Origin: an uncultured bacterium
GTDB taxonomy: Bacteria; Armatimonadota; Abditibacteriia; Abditibacteriales; Abditibacteriaceae
Direction of reading: 5' to 3'
NCBI GenBank assembly: GCA_963843795.1
Contig: CAWJLW010000009.1
Location: 1-64,000, forward strand
Length of the DNA stretch: 64,000 nucleotides
The notes under the pieces are model-generated. The model was not told where the DNA came from and ran no database searches. It saw only the letters and a list, made by a program, of their open reading frames with translations. Positions 16,969 through 27,482 of the stretch are shown here, piece by piece. The stretch's first letter is position 1. Each line of letters begins with the position of its first letter. Position numbers and translations under genes: made by a program.

Positions 16969-18075
16969 GTGATGAAAACGACGAGAAATTCAACATCGAT
17001 TTATGGAAGGCCGGCGGACAGCCAGCGGCACATCGTTCAAGAGTTGCGTACTCGGATTGTATCGGGAGCCTTAGCGCCCGGCAGCCGGTTACCCACGCGG
17101 TTGGAACTTGAAAGCCACTTTAGTGCGGGAGCCACCACTGTGCAGCGCGCCCTCGAACTTTTGCGGCGCGATGGCTTTGTGGAATCCAGAGGACGCCAAG
17201 GCACTTTTGTGGTTGATAACCCTCCACATTTGGCTCGCTACGCTGTTGTGTTTCTGAGCGCTGCCGCCGCCTTTGAGCGCAATCGCTTTTCTACTGCCCT
17301 TGACAGCGAGGTGCGCCACCTGCGTCATCGGCGCCCCGACTTGCATATCGCTGAGTACTACGGCGTGGAAGGGCACGAAGATTCCGAGGACTATCAGCGT
17401 CTGGTGCGCGACATACGCGCTCAGCGTATCGCGGGGCTGATTTTTACCTCAAATCCCTATCGAGTGAAAGGAACGCCGCTTTTGGACGAATTGACGATGC
17501 CGCGTGTGGCGCTCATGGATCCTGAGGAAGACGGTGAGTTTCCAACGATTGGTCTGGATATGGAATCTTTTTTCATGCGGGCTTTGGATGATCTTCAAGC
17601 GTGCGGGCACAAACGGATCGCTTTTCTCAATCCACCGGGAATTTGCGCTTGGCGGGAGAAACTACTTCCACTTTTGCAAGAGCGTCAATTGGAGACACGG
17701 CCCTTCTGGTGGCAGTGCGTTTCGCAGAAAATCCCGGAAGCGGCGCGGTACGCGACTCATTTATTGATGCGTTGTGAAGAGCGTCCTGACGCTTTGATTA
17801 TCAGCAACGACAACTTATTGGAATACGGGACTGCGGGCCTTGTCGCTGCCGGAACTCGGGTGCCGGAAGAGCTTGCGGTGGTGGCCCATTGCAATTTTCC
17901 TTACCCCACACCAAGTGTGCTGCCGGTGCGGCGGTTGGGCTTCGATGCGCGCTGTGTTCTGGAATCTTGTATCGAAAGCATTGACATCCAACGTAGCGGT
18001 GAGGAAGTGCCAAGCATTACGACTATCCAAGCCATCTTCGAAGATGAGCTACCTGCTCAAACTCCAACGTTTTGA
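16969..18075 (+). CDS. GntR-family HTH regulator with LacI-type sugar-binding domain (AraR-like architecture)
   Basis: PGSRLPTRLEL...TVQRALELL...GRQGTFV, then GHKRIAFL, PDALII, RVPEELAVV. Confidence 0.9.
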   Translation: MMKTTRNSTSIYGRPADSQRHIVQELRTRIVSGALAPGSRLPTRLELESHFSAGATTVQRALELLRRDGFVESRGRQGTFVVDNPPHLARYAVVFLSAAAAFERNRFSTALDSEVRHLRHRRPDLHIAEYYGVEGHEDSEDYQRLVRDIRAQRIAGLIFTSNPYRVKGTPLLDELTMPRVALMDPEEDGEFPTIGLDMESFFMRALDDLQACGHKRIAFLNPPGICAWREKLLPLLQERQLETRPFWWQCVSQKIPEAARYATHLLMRCEERPDALIISNDNLLEYGTAGLVAAGTRVPEELAVVAHCNFPYPTPSVLPVRRLGFDARCVLESCIESIDIQRSGEEVPSITTIQAIFEDELPAQTPTF

Positions 18076-18177
18076 AGTGCCGTTAGACAAACATAAAATT
18101 ACAGCTTCTTTGTGGCAACCAATTCGACTGCATTTTATGACGTAGCTTTTAATTATTCACCAACTCTCACCAACACA

Positions 18178-21100
18178 ATGAAACTCAACCCTCTTTTTAC
18201 AATTGCGACATTGTTAGCTTTGTTTTCTGCGGCGCAGGCTGTGCAAACCGACAATCGCGGCATTCATGCCGTGCCCGCTTCCAAGCCCCTCGTCGTCGAC
18301 GGCAAGCTGGATGATTGGGATTTGTCTGGCCAAACGCTCATCACGTATGATGTCGAATCTCTGCGCGATGTGTACTCGGCACAGGTTGCAACTGCTTATG
18401 ATGCCGATAATTTTTATATCAGTCTGCACTGGAAAGACCCGATTCCGATGGGCAACACCCACGACCCGCGCTATCAGGCCAACAAAGGCTGGGCGGGCGA
18501 TGCAGTGCAATTGCGCATCAAAACCGACAAAATTGCGCATCTTACAGCGTGGTATTACGCGACCAAGCAGGAGCCAGCCCTGCAGATTTCCTACGGCAAA
18601 AGCCTGACCGAACCTTTCGACGGCGGCGACATTCAGCTTTTTCGCACGGCAGGCTGGAAGCTGCAACAAGGCGCGGAAATGGCGTTTCTCAAAGACGCTG
18701 ATGGGCGTGGCTACGTGCAAGAAATCAAGCTGCCGTGGAGTTTGATCGCGACGCGCGCTTTCAAAGCGGGCGAGCAATTCAGCATGGGTTTGGAGCTTTT
18801 GTGGGGTGAGGCCGACTGGCCGGTTCACCGCTACGCCGATAATTTGCAACCGGGCGCGGGCAGCCGCGAATTCTTCTGGACGGCGCACGATGCCTGGGGG
18901 CCAATTTTCCTTGAACCCAAAGGCAATCTCAAGTTGCCGACGCCGTCGTGGCTTCTGGCATCGGCGACGGAAGTGGCGCAAGGCCCGGTCGAAATCAAAT
19001 ATTCGATTCCCCAGTCGGCGCGCGTTACTCTGGCAATTGATGACGCGAAAACCGGACGCCGTGTGCGCAATCTCATCGCCGCCGCGCCGCGAGAGAAAGG
19101 TGCGCACATCGAAAAATGGGACGGACTCGACGACGACGGGAAGCCGGTGGCGCCCGGGGAGTACTCTTACAAAGCGATTTACCACGACGGAATTCGCGCC
19201 AACTGGGTCATGAGTTTTGCCAATCCCGGCAACCCAACCTGGCAAACCTCAGATGGGCGCGGCGCCTTCTACGGTGACCACACTGCGCCACAGGCGGCAG
19301 CCGCCGCTGGCGAGTATGTCGCGCTCGCGGCTCCAATGGGCGAAGCGGGCCAGCACTTGATCGGAACCGATTTGAATGGGCAGCGGTTGTGGGGATTAGC
19401 AAACCTCGTGGCTTTCGATGGCGGGCGCATCTCGCTGGCCACTGACGGCAAAATACTCTGGGTGGCCTCTGAAGGCAAGCAAAGCATTATCTACCGCGTG
19501 GAAGTCGCGACCGGAAAATATGCGCCCTGGGATATGAAAGCCCTTGACGCTTCGGGCGCAGAATATCGCGTTCTCGAACTCAAAGTTTCCGATCTGCCGG
19601 GCTTGGGTGCGGATCCGAAACTCGGCGCCAACATGAGCGCGGTCGCGCTGCGCGAGCAAGTACTTGCAGTCGCTCTGGCACGCGAGAACAAAGTGAAATT
19701 GCTCGATGCCCAAACCGGAAAAACGTTGCAGGAATTGGACATCGCCGAGCCGCACGCGGTGGTTCTGGACGCGGGCAAAAAGCCGATTATGCTTTCCAAA
19801 GGCCGTCTGCGTCGCCTGAGTGAAAACGGCGCTTCAGCAGCGTTTTCCGATGCAAGCTTTCCCGATGGTTATGGCTTGGCCATCGACGCACAAGGCAATG
19901 TTTACCTTTCGGTTCGCGGCAGCGAGCAGAACGTAAAAGTCTTTTCGCCTCAGGGCAAGCTGATTCGTGAAATCGGCAAGCGCGGAGGACGCCCTGCCCT
20001 TGGAATCTATGATGAGGCGGGAATGCGAGAGCCTGCCGGTATCGCGATAGATTCGCAAAATCGCCTGTGGGTTACGGAAGAAACCATGAATCCCAAGCGC
20101 ACCAGTATTTGGGATGTCAAAAGCGGCAAGCTCATCAAAGAATTGGTCGGCACCACAACTTACGCCGGGGCCGGCAGCATCAATCCATTCGATCCGACGA
20201 TGGGCTTTTCGGACAACACGGCTTATCGCATTAACTTGCAAACCGGCGCATGGAAACCAACGTACTCACTGGCCCAAAGCTCAACTTCCGCGCACGGCAC
20301 CGATTCGCGTCACGCTGACGATTTGTTCCCGCCCGCCACGCACAACATCACCAGTAAAATCGTGAAGCGCGGCAACCTGACATACATTTACACAACCGGC
20401 AGCGCGCGCGGCGCCAATGAAACTCACGTCACGTTGTGGGATGGAAAAACGTTCCGCTCCGTCGCGCATCTGGGACAGTTGCCGCCAGCGACCAACAAAG
20501 ACCGCGAGTCCGAATGGGCCAAATATACCCATCCGTTTTTCGCTGGTCAGGAAGGCAAGGCGTATTCCTGGATTGATGCCAATAGCGATGGAAGGGTACA
20601 ACGCGACGAACTCACTTTTACCGATATTCAAGTGGATGGTAAAACCGTTTCCCTGCAAACACACTACTGGGGCCAACTGCCCGACGACGAAGGCACGATC
20701 ACCTATATGACGGGTGGCAACAATGGTACTTCCAAAAACACACTGCTCCAATTCGCTGTGAAAAGCACCAACAAAGTCGGCGCACCGCTCTATGACATCA
20801 CGCAGCCGCGTGTGTTGAAACTCGATCAACCGCTTCTCAAGCCGGGCGAAGGCATGATCGTGGGAGGAAAAGAGGGGCGCATCTACCTCAACCAAGACCC
20901 GGTTTTCACTCTCGACCGCAACGGCAAAATACTTGGCACTTATCCCAGCCATCATGTCAGCGTGCACGGCTCGCACACCGCACGGGCATCGCGCGCCGGT
21001 TACCTGATCGGCCCGTCCTCGATTTTAGGAACCGCCGACATGGGCAAAGACATCGGCGAAGTCTTTTACCTCAACGGCAACCTCGGCGAAAACTACCTTT

Positions 21101-22128
21101 TCACGCAAGACGGATTGTATATCCAGACTTTGTTCAAAGACACGCGCGGTTATTTCGATATTCCCGCTCAAGCGGTGCGTGGCATGAGCTTCGACGCCAC
21201 AACCGCGGGCGGCGAAAGCTTCGGCGGCAACTTTGTGAAAACTCCAGACGGCAAAACCTACGTCACGCTGGGCGCAACTGACGCGCGCGTCGTCGAAGTG
21301 AGCGGTTTGAACAGCATCAAGCGCTTAAACGGCACGTTCAATTACTCGCCAGCTCAATACCTAGCCGCGCAAACTTTGATGCAGGAAAAAATCGCGCAGG
21401 CCAGCACGCCGCGCGAGTACTCTGTTGCCCATGCCGATGCGCCCGCGACCATTGACGGCAAGGCCGACGAATGGCCCGAACTTTTGGACGACGATGTCAA
21501 GAACGCAGGCAAAATTCTGGAAATTCAGGATTCGCCACAAACGCGTTTCGGTCGCGTTGCGATGCGCTATGACGCCAATAATTTGTATCTCGGCTATCGC
21601 ATCTTTTCGCCCGAAGGCCGCATCCGTAACGCCGGACAAAACGAAAAGTTACTCTTCAAAACCGGCGACGCCGTGGATTTAATGATCGGCCAGAACCGCG
21701 AAAATGCGGGCGCAGCGATCGCTGGCGACACGCGCATTTTGCTGTCAACGCTGGAAAACGAGCCGATTGCCATTCTCAACCAGAAAGTCGCGCCGGACGC
21801 AGCCGCGAACGAGCAGTTCGACTTTTCTTCGCCGTGGCGTACGATTCCTTTTGCGCGCGTTGCCAAAGCGGGCGGCGTAAAGATGGCGACCGGCAGTATT
21901 GACGGCGGTTACTTCGTGGAAGCCGCCATTCCCTGGACGACTCTGGGCATCACGCCGCGAGCCGGTTTACAACTCAAAGGCGATGTCGGAGTACTCTTCG
22001 CCGATGTCGGCGGCACGCAAACCATCTCGCGCCAGTATTGGAGCAACAAAGCCACCGGCCTGGTGAACGATGTTCCCGGTGAAGCCGACCTCACGCCCGC
22101 AATGTGGGGCACCCTCACGTTGCAATAA
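18178..22128 (+). CDS. Giant secreted protein of unknown function, paralogue of 11285..16504 (CBM9-like, FlgD-Ig, NHL propeller, CBM9-like)
   Basis: Signal peptide from ATG 18178 (MKLNPLFTIATLLALFSAAQA). Shared motifs NGNxGxxYLxTQDGL, FKTGxAxDLMIG, FSSPWRTI, YWSNKAT, DVPxEAxLTP. Confidence 0.8.
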   Translation: MKLNPLFTIATLLALFSAAQAVQTDNRGIHAVPASKPLVVDGKLDDWDLSGQTLITYDVESLRDVYSAQVATAYDADNFYISLHWKDPIPMGNTHDPRYQANKGWAGDAVQLRIKTDKIAHLTAWYYATKQEPALQISYGKSLTEPFDGGDIQLFRTAGWKLQQGAEMAFLKDADGRGYVQEIKLPWSLIATRAFKAGEQFSMGLELLWGEADWPVHRYADNLQPGAGSREFFWTAHDAWGPIFLEPKGNLKLPTPSWLLASATEVAQGPVEIKYSIPQSARVTLAIDDAKTGRRVRNLIAAAPREKGAHIEKWDGLDDDGKPVAPGEYSYKAIYHDGIRANWVMSFANPGNPTWQTSDGRGAFYGDHTAPQAAAAAGEYVALAAPMGEAGQHLIGTDLNGQRLWGLANLVAFDGGRISLATDGKILWVASEGKQSIIYRVEVATGKYAPWDMKALDASGAEYRVLELKVSDLPGLGADPKLGANMSAVALREQVLAVALARENKVKLLDAQTGKTLQELDIAEPHAVVLDAGKKPIMLSKGRLRRLSENGASAAFSDASFPDGYGLAIDAQGNVYLSVRGSEQNVKVFSPQGKLIREIGKRGGRPALGIYDEAGMREPAGIAIDSQNRLWVTEETMNPKRTSIWDVKSGKLIKELVGTTTYAGAGSINPFDPTMGFSDNTAYRINLQTGAWKPTYSLAQSSTSAHGTDSRHADDLFPPATHNITSKIVKRGNLTYIYTTGSARGANETHVTLWDGKTFRSVAHLGQLPPATNKDRESEWAKYTHPFFAGQEGKAYSWIDANSDGRVQRDELTFTDIQVDGKTVSLQTHYWGQLPDDEGTITYMTGGNNGTSKNTLLQFAVKSTNKVGAPLYDITQPRVLKLDQPLLKPGEGMIVGGKEGRIYLNQDPVFTLDRNGKILGTYPSHHVSVHGSHTARASRAGYLIGPSSILGTADMGKDIGEVFYLNGNLGENYLFTQDGLYIQTLFKDTRGYFDIPAQAVRGMSFDATTAGGESFGGNFVKTPDGKTYVTLGATDARVVEVSGLNSIKRLNGTFNYSPAQYLAAQTLMQEKIAQASTPREYSVAHADAPATIDGKADEWPELLDDDVKNAGKILEIQDSPQTRFGRVAMRYDANNLYLGYRIFSPEGRIRNAGQNEKLLFKTGDAVDLMIGQNRENAGAAIAGDTRILLSTLENEPIAILNQKVAPDAAANEQFDFSSPWRTIPFARVAKAGGVKMATGSIDGGYFVEAAIPWTTLGITPRAGLQLKGDVGVLFADVGGTQTISRQYWSNKATGLVNDVPGEADLTPAMWGTLTLQ

Positions 22129-22216
22129 AAGTTTCGGGGTGCATCAGGTTATTATGGACATGAATTATTTAGCCACACCCCGCAGAGTTACTTGCACCGT
22201 TTAAAAGTCGATTGCA

Positions 22217-23500
22217 ATGAGTTATCTACCGTTTTGGAAATTGTTAGGCTGGAGCGCCGCGCTGATTTTGGTAGGCGCGCTGGAAACCCGCGCGCAAACC
22301 GCGCCGCGCCGCGAAGTGGCGATGCCGTCGTTTCGTGATTTCGACCGTCGCGCCCGCGCGGGCGAGCGCTTGAACGTGGTGTTCTTCGGCGCTTCGCTGA
22401 CTTGGGGCGCTAACGCCAGCGACCCTCAGCAAACTTCGTATCGTGCCAACGTCGCACGTCGTTTTGAAGCGGCTTATCCGGCGGCGCATTTCAAATTCTG
22501 GGATGCGGCGATAGGTGGCACCGGTTCACAGTTGGGCGCGTTTCGTTTGCAGCGCGATGTGCTGCGCCATCATCCCGATTTGGTATTTCTGGATTTTTCG
22601 GCCAACGACGACATCACTTCCGCCGACACCGAAACGCTGGCGTCCTACGAATCTTTGGTGCGGCGCATCGTTACGCGAAGGCAAATGCCCGTTGGTGCAG
22701 GTGATTTTTCCGTTTCAGTGGAATGTAGAAAGCGGTGATTTATCGAAAATGCTGCGCCGCACCGCGCACCTCGAAATTGCGCGCGCCTACAATGTGCCCG
22801 TCGGCGATGCCATCGCGCTGTCCATAGAGCGGGTGAAAAATGGCGACACCACGCTGCAAATTATCTGGCCCATTGACGGCGTGCATCCTGGCGACACGCG
22901 GCTACCGGTTGTTCGCCGATGCCGCGTGGAGCGCGTTTCAAAAAGCCGTGGCCGAAAGAAATCGAGTGCCGCGCGCCCGCGAAAATGCTTTATCCGACGA
23001 CTTATCTGCATTGGAATCGTGGGCGCATTTCGCAACTGGGGGCGCTGCCGGTCGGCTGGAGCGTGGGCGCGCCGCATCGCGTTGCGGCGTACTTCGATTT
23101 TCTGATGTCGCGCTGGTTGGACGATGAAGTTGTCGCCACCAATCGCGCTCAAAATGTGGCGCAGGAAGTCGGGCGTTTGAAAGTCAATTTTCGCGGTTCG
23201 ATGGTGATGCTGCTCGGCGAAGCCACGCCCCAAAGCGGAAAATATCGCGCCTACATCGACGGCGCATTGATGCAGCACACGCAAGACGGCAAAATGCTGG
23301 GCGAATACGATCCGGGCAGCTTCGCCCGCGCTCTCAATGGCAACGGACATCATGTGCAAGTACTTGCCCATGGCTTGGATACCAACACGATGCACACGCT
23401 GGAAATCGAACCGGTTTTCGACGCTGACAGAGCGCAGGAGCTGCGTCTGGAAAGCATTTGCGTGGCGGGCGCAGATGCTTTCGTCGCTCTTCAACATTGA
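22217..23500 (+). CDS. SGNH/GDSL hydrolase with C-terminal accessory domain, broken by three +1 frameshifts (about 22673, 22898, 22955)
   Basis: FFGASLT, IGGTGS, DFSAND, DGVHP motifs spread over four overlapping ORFs. The first and last ORFs share one frame. Confidence 0.8.
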
Positions 23501-23693
23501 TGGAACCAAAATGCAGACGATGCCCTGAGTTTGCCACCCGCGGCGAATGCGCAGGCTGCCATAGCGATGCCGATGCTGCTCAACAAACGGCGAATCTGCA
23601 CCACTAACTGATAATCCCGTTGTGCAAGCTTTCTGGGCTTTTACGCGTGGCGTAAAATCTACTCACTGACACTTCCAGCACCCGACATTGCAA

Positions 23694-23885
23694 TCACACA
23701 CCATATTCGTGGCGGTGTTGCTGGATAAAGCCGTGCTGGTGACAAATCTCGGCAGTAGTGACGCCGCTTTCTTGCTGCTTGAGGAGGCCGATGATCTGCT
23801 CCTCGCTCCATCGCTGCTTCATTTGAGAATCTCCTTTTTCTTGAAAATCCTCCTCCTATTCTGGCCTACTTTCAGGTGAAAGTCA
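23694..23885 (-). mobile_element. IS3-family (IS407 group) remnant: left end and truncated orfA
   Basis: Minus strand begins TGACTTTTCACCTGAAAGTAGGCCA, then AAGGAG and ATG 23822 encoding MKQRWSEEQIIGLLKQQESGVTTAEICHQHG, after which it degenerates. Confidence 0.8.
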
Positions 23886-23938
23886 CAAGTACTTGCAGCA
23901 CGCAAGTTTTGATTTTACTTTCATAATTAGCGCCAGCC

Positions 23939-23985
23939 AAAACCAACAGCCGTCGCCCCATAACGAGGCGACGGCTGTTGGTTTT
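23939..23985. terminator. Bidirectional intrinsic terminator
   Basis: 19-bp arms AAAACCAACAGCCGTCGCC and GGCGACGGCTGTTGGTTTT, just downstream of the small ORF 24002..24100. Confidence 0.85.
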
Positions 23986-24001
23986 ATGGTTTCAAGGTTT
24001 T

Positions 24002-24100
24002 TTAGCTACCATCGTTCATGCCGGTGAATTTTGCAACGGCGGCCACATAGGCCACTGACACTCCCACCACGACGCTAGCCATACCAAATATAGCGAACAT
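24002..24100 (-). CDS. Small hydrophobic peptide (32 aa)
   Basis: MFAIFGMASVVVGVSVAYVAAVAKFTGMNDGS, with AAGGAG RBS upstream and a terminator downstream. Confidence 0.65.
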   Translation of the reverse strand: MFAIFGMASVVVGVSVAYVAAVAKFTGMNDGS

Positions 24101-24531
24101 TGACGTCTCCTTTTTACTTGTTTCGAAGTTGCGGACAAGCGAACAAGGGTACGGTCCCACTTCATAACTATTGCTCTTATTAGCCATGCTTGATTGCGTG
24201 TGCTATGTCGGTTCTGAATTTTGCAGCGGCAAAGCTGTAAGCAAGTTGTAGCAATGCTCTTCAAGGGCAAGAGTTAGGTCAAATAGCAATGCAGCGCATT
24301 CACGAAACCAAAGGGTTTCCAGAGGTATGGACCGGAGCGAAAGCGTTCGAACCTGGCCAGCATGCACCTTAGCAATTTCCTGTTGTGTAAATGTTGATAC
24401 TTTTGAAGAAATCCAAGCCCAAATCGCCCCGATTTTCGGTGATAATAAGTTGGCGCAAGTACTTGCTGTGTGAGATGAAGGCTTGCCGAAAATCAAACAA
24501 AGGCTAAACGGTGGTAAGCCGGGAAAAAGAA

Positions 24532-24990
24532 ATGAAAAAGTATCTTGTGGGTCATAAAGAATCGCGATTTGGGGAAAAAGGGTTTTGCATTGTTGAGGCT
24601 GGCGACGAAAGAGAAGCTGTTTTTCAATTTGGGCTTCATGTGGGCCGCCATGACGAATGCTTTCTGGAAGAGATTATTTGTCAAGATTGGGGAGAATGTT
24701 TTGAAGAGCAATTCTGGGATATTTCGGGTCCCATGTTTCGCGGCTTGAATCCGTCCGCACAACAAGAGGCCATTAAGCGATTTGAAGACTGTGTGTGTAA
24801 GTCTTTTGCGGACCGTCCGGAGTGGGCAAATTTGTATCTCGTTCGCTGCAAAGAAGCACGAGAGCATGGTGACTGGAGAATTCGGGCAGATTTTCCGCCA
24901 GAGATGTTGGCGGCAATGTGGGCAATTCAATATGGAGACGCTTGCATCGCTTTCGAGTTGACAGAAATTCTGGTGAGTGAAAAAGTATGA
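24532..24990 (+). CDS. Hypothetical acidic protein
   Basis: About 152-aa ORF in a lower-GC patch; no motif recognised. Confidence 0.5.
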   Translation: MKKYLVGHKESRFGEKGFCIVEAGDEREAVFQFGLHVGRHDECFLEEIICQDWGECFEEQFWDISGPMFRGLNPSAQQEAIKRFEDCVCKSFADRPEWANLYLVRCKEAREHGDWRIRADFPPEMLAAMWAIQYGDACIAFELTEILVSEKV

Positions 24991-25237
24991 TACGCGTATC
25001 GCTTCCATGCGATTTCAGCAAACGAAGACAGTTGGATACAAGATACATTTTCGGCCTCGCATCTCAGGCAAATAGCCTACGATGGCCATGATTATACGGT
25101 GCGCTGACGCGGGTTGAGCGCGCAGAATTCGCTAATATGTGCTTCACCCAAGCCAGCGCCTCAACAAAATTCCTTTGGCGCACCGGCGACATGCCGCCTG
25201 AATCTCACGATTTGCCACTACAACCTCACTGATAAGT

Positions 25238-25275
25238 CAAAAAGCGCGCTGCAAGTACTTGCAGCGCGCTTTTTG
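25238..25275. repeat. 38-bp perfect palindrome centred on GCAAGTACTTGC, with A/T tails (terminator-like)
   Basis: CAAAAAGCGCGCTGCAAGTACTTGCAGCGCGCTTTTTG. Confidence 0.95.
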
Positions 25276-25586
25276 GTTGACATGTTAAATTTGGCATTTC
25301 AGCAAAATACACAACTAAAATACTTGTATGGTAATAGCGAAGCGTAGCCAAGTGGCAATATACATTCGCAGTTGGCTTTAAGGAAACAGTGCCACAGGTG
25401 ATCGTCACCGCGCCATCGGCTTATCGGCAATCAAAGACGAAATCCTGCCGCACGACCAGTTGTAAACCGGTTGAATAATTCGGAAACTGGCGCGAAACAA
25501 GCTTTTTCCGTTCGAAAGCCTCCTGCGACCAAAGCTTTGCGGCCTTCTGCATCAGATGATGCAATAAGCATAAAAGGAATATTGAT

Positions 25587-27482
25587 ATGCGATTCTTCCC
25601 TCTCCCTTTTGCCTCCCCGATGTCCCTGCTAACATGCACACTTGTACTGGTTCTTGGGGTTTTCACCAATCTGTCGCAGTCGACTGCGGCGCCGGAATTG
25701 AATCCGAATTTACCGACAGTCTTTGTAGTTGGTGACTCGACAGCGCGCAACAATGCGAACGGCGCACAGGGTTGGGGCGACCCCTTTGTTGCTTTTTTCG
25801 ACCCGACAAAGGTGAACGTTTTCAATCGCGCGATGGCCGGACGCAGTAGCCGCAGTTACATTAGCGAGGGGCGTTGGGACAATGTTCTCAAGGAGATGAA
25901 AGCGGGCGACTTTGTTCTGCTTCAGATGGGTCACAACGATGGAGGTCCGATTGACACCGGTCGCGCCCGCGCTTCGTTGCCTGGTTTGGGCGAAGAAACG
26001 CGCGAAATCACTAAGCCCGATGGCAGCAAAGAACTGGTGCACACTTACGGTTGGTATATGAGGAAATTCATCGCCGATACCAAAGCCAAAGGCGCCACAC
26101 CCATTCTGCTTTCCCTCACTGTGCGTAACCTGTGGAAAGAAGGCAAAGTCGAGCGCGGGTCGGGCCGTTACCGCGAGCAGATTATGGAGCTCGCGCAGTC
26201 GCAAAAAGTCCCGTTCGTGGATGTCACCAACATCATTGCCGACCAGTATGAAGCAATGGGACAGGAAAAAACCAAAACCATGTTTGGCCCCGATTACGTT
26301 CACACCGGCCCGAAAGGAGCCGAGTTGAATGCGGCCTCGGTAGTGGCTGGCCTGAAAACCCTTCCAAATTCTCCACTGCAGTTCTTCCTCTCTGAAAAAG
26401 GGAAAGCCGTCACAGCGTATGCTGCGACTTCCACAAGAGCTGCTGTCGCTTCTGCTGCTCAGGCGACGAACGCCACTAACCTTACGGTGCCAGCTGTCCT
26501 TGCGGGAGCCGCACCAGTGGCTCGAACGCGGCGACTATTGCCGGTGCCCGCCGATCCTGCATTGCCTACGCTGTTTCTGATTGGCGATTCGACGGTGCGC
26601 AATGGACAGGGCGATGGCGGCAATGGTCAGTGGGGTTGGGGCGAGCCCATTGCCGCTTACTTCGATCAGACCAAAATCAACGTGGTGAATCGGGCTGTGG
26701 GTGGGTTGAGTTCGCGCACCTATCTGACCGGTGGCTTTTGGGACGAGACCAAGGCAATGATTAAGCCGGGCGATTTTGTCGTGATTCAGTTCGGCCACAA
26801 CGATTCGGGCGCTATCAACGACACATCGCGCGCGCGCGCGAGTTTGCGCGGAACCGGTGAGGAAAGCGAAGAGATCGACAATTTGCTGACCAAGAAGCAC
26901 GAAACTGTTCACACCTACGGATGGTATTTACGCCAATACATCGCTGAGAGTAAAGCCAAAGGCGCTATGCCAATTGTCTGTTCGCCGATTCCTCGCAAAA
27001 GCTTCACGGATGGCAAAGCCAATCGCAACATGGGAACTTATGGAGGCTGGGCGGCAGCAGTCGCCCAGGCGGAAAGTGTGGCGTTTATCAATCTCAACGA
27101 GATTATCGCGCGCCAGTATGATGCGCTGGGGCCGGAGAAAGTAGAGCCGCTCTTTGCTGATCCCAACACGCACACCAGCCTGGCCGGAGCCGAGTTGAAT
27201 GCGGCCTCGGTTATCGCTGGCTTGAAGGCATTGCAAGAGAATCCACTGGCGCCCTACTTTTCCGCTAAAGCCGCTCAAGTGGCCGCCACCGAAGTTCCGG
27301 TTGGAGAAGCAGCTACCCCAAAACAGCAGAGAACAAATCTTAAGAATTCGAGTCGCTGGCGCACGGGTGAGTTGCTATCAAGCCAGCAGGCTGAAATAAA
27401 GGTGATGAACTCCCCTGCAAGTACTTGCAGGGGAGTTCGCCGTGCCATTTGGCTTATCGAATCACTAATTTTTCTGATATGA
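25587..27482 (+). CDS. Tandem two-domain rhamnogalacturonan acetylesterase (CE12); true C-terminus uncertain
   Basis: Two copies each of GDST, NRAxxGxSSR, QxGHND, HTYGWY and a His-containing D..H motif. The tail after about 27320 looks non-coding. Confidence 0.9.
   Translation: MRFFPLPFASPMSLLTCTLVLVLGVFTNLSQSTAAPELNPNLPTVFVVGDSTARNNANGAQGWGDPFVAFFDPTKVNVFNRAMAGRSSRSYISEGRWDNVLKEMKAGDFVLLQMGHNDGGPIDTGRARASLPGLGEETREITKPDGSKELVHTYGWYMRKFIADTKAKGATPILLSLTVRNLWKEGKVERGSGRYREQIMELAQSQKVPFVDVTNIIADQYEAMGQEKTKTMFGPDYVHTGPKGAELNAASVVAGLKTLPNSPLQFFLSEKGKAVTAYAATSTRAAVASAAQATNATNLTVPAVLAGAAPVARTRRLLPVPADPALPTLFLIGDSTVRNGQGDGGNGQWGWGEPIAAYFDQTKINVVNRAVGGLSSRTYLTGGFWDETKAMIKPGDFVVIQFGHNDSGAINDTSRARASLRGTGEESEEIDNLLTKKHETVHTYGWYLRQYIAESKAKGAMPIVCSPIPRKSFTDGKANRNMGTYGGWAAAVAQAESVAFINLNEIIARQYDALGPEKVEPLFADPNTHTSLAGAELNAASVIAGLKALQENPLAPYFSAKAAQVAATEVPVGEAATPKQQRTNLKNSSRWRTGELLSSQQAEIKVMNSPASTCRGVRRAIWLIESLIFLI
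27407..27438. repeat. 32-bp perfect palindrome centred on GCAAGTACTTGC
   Basis: GAACTCCCCTGCAAGTACTTGCAGGGGAGTTC. Confidence 0.95.

Noticed and set aside
23688..23879. Plus-strand 63-aa hydrophobic ORF
   Set aside because: It is the antisense of the IS407-type orfA remnant.
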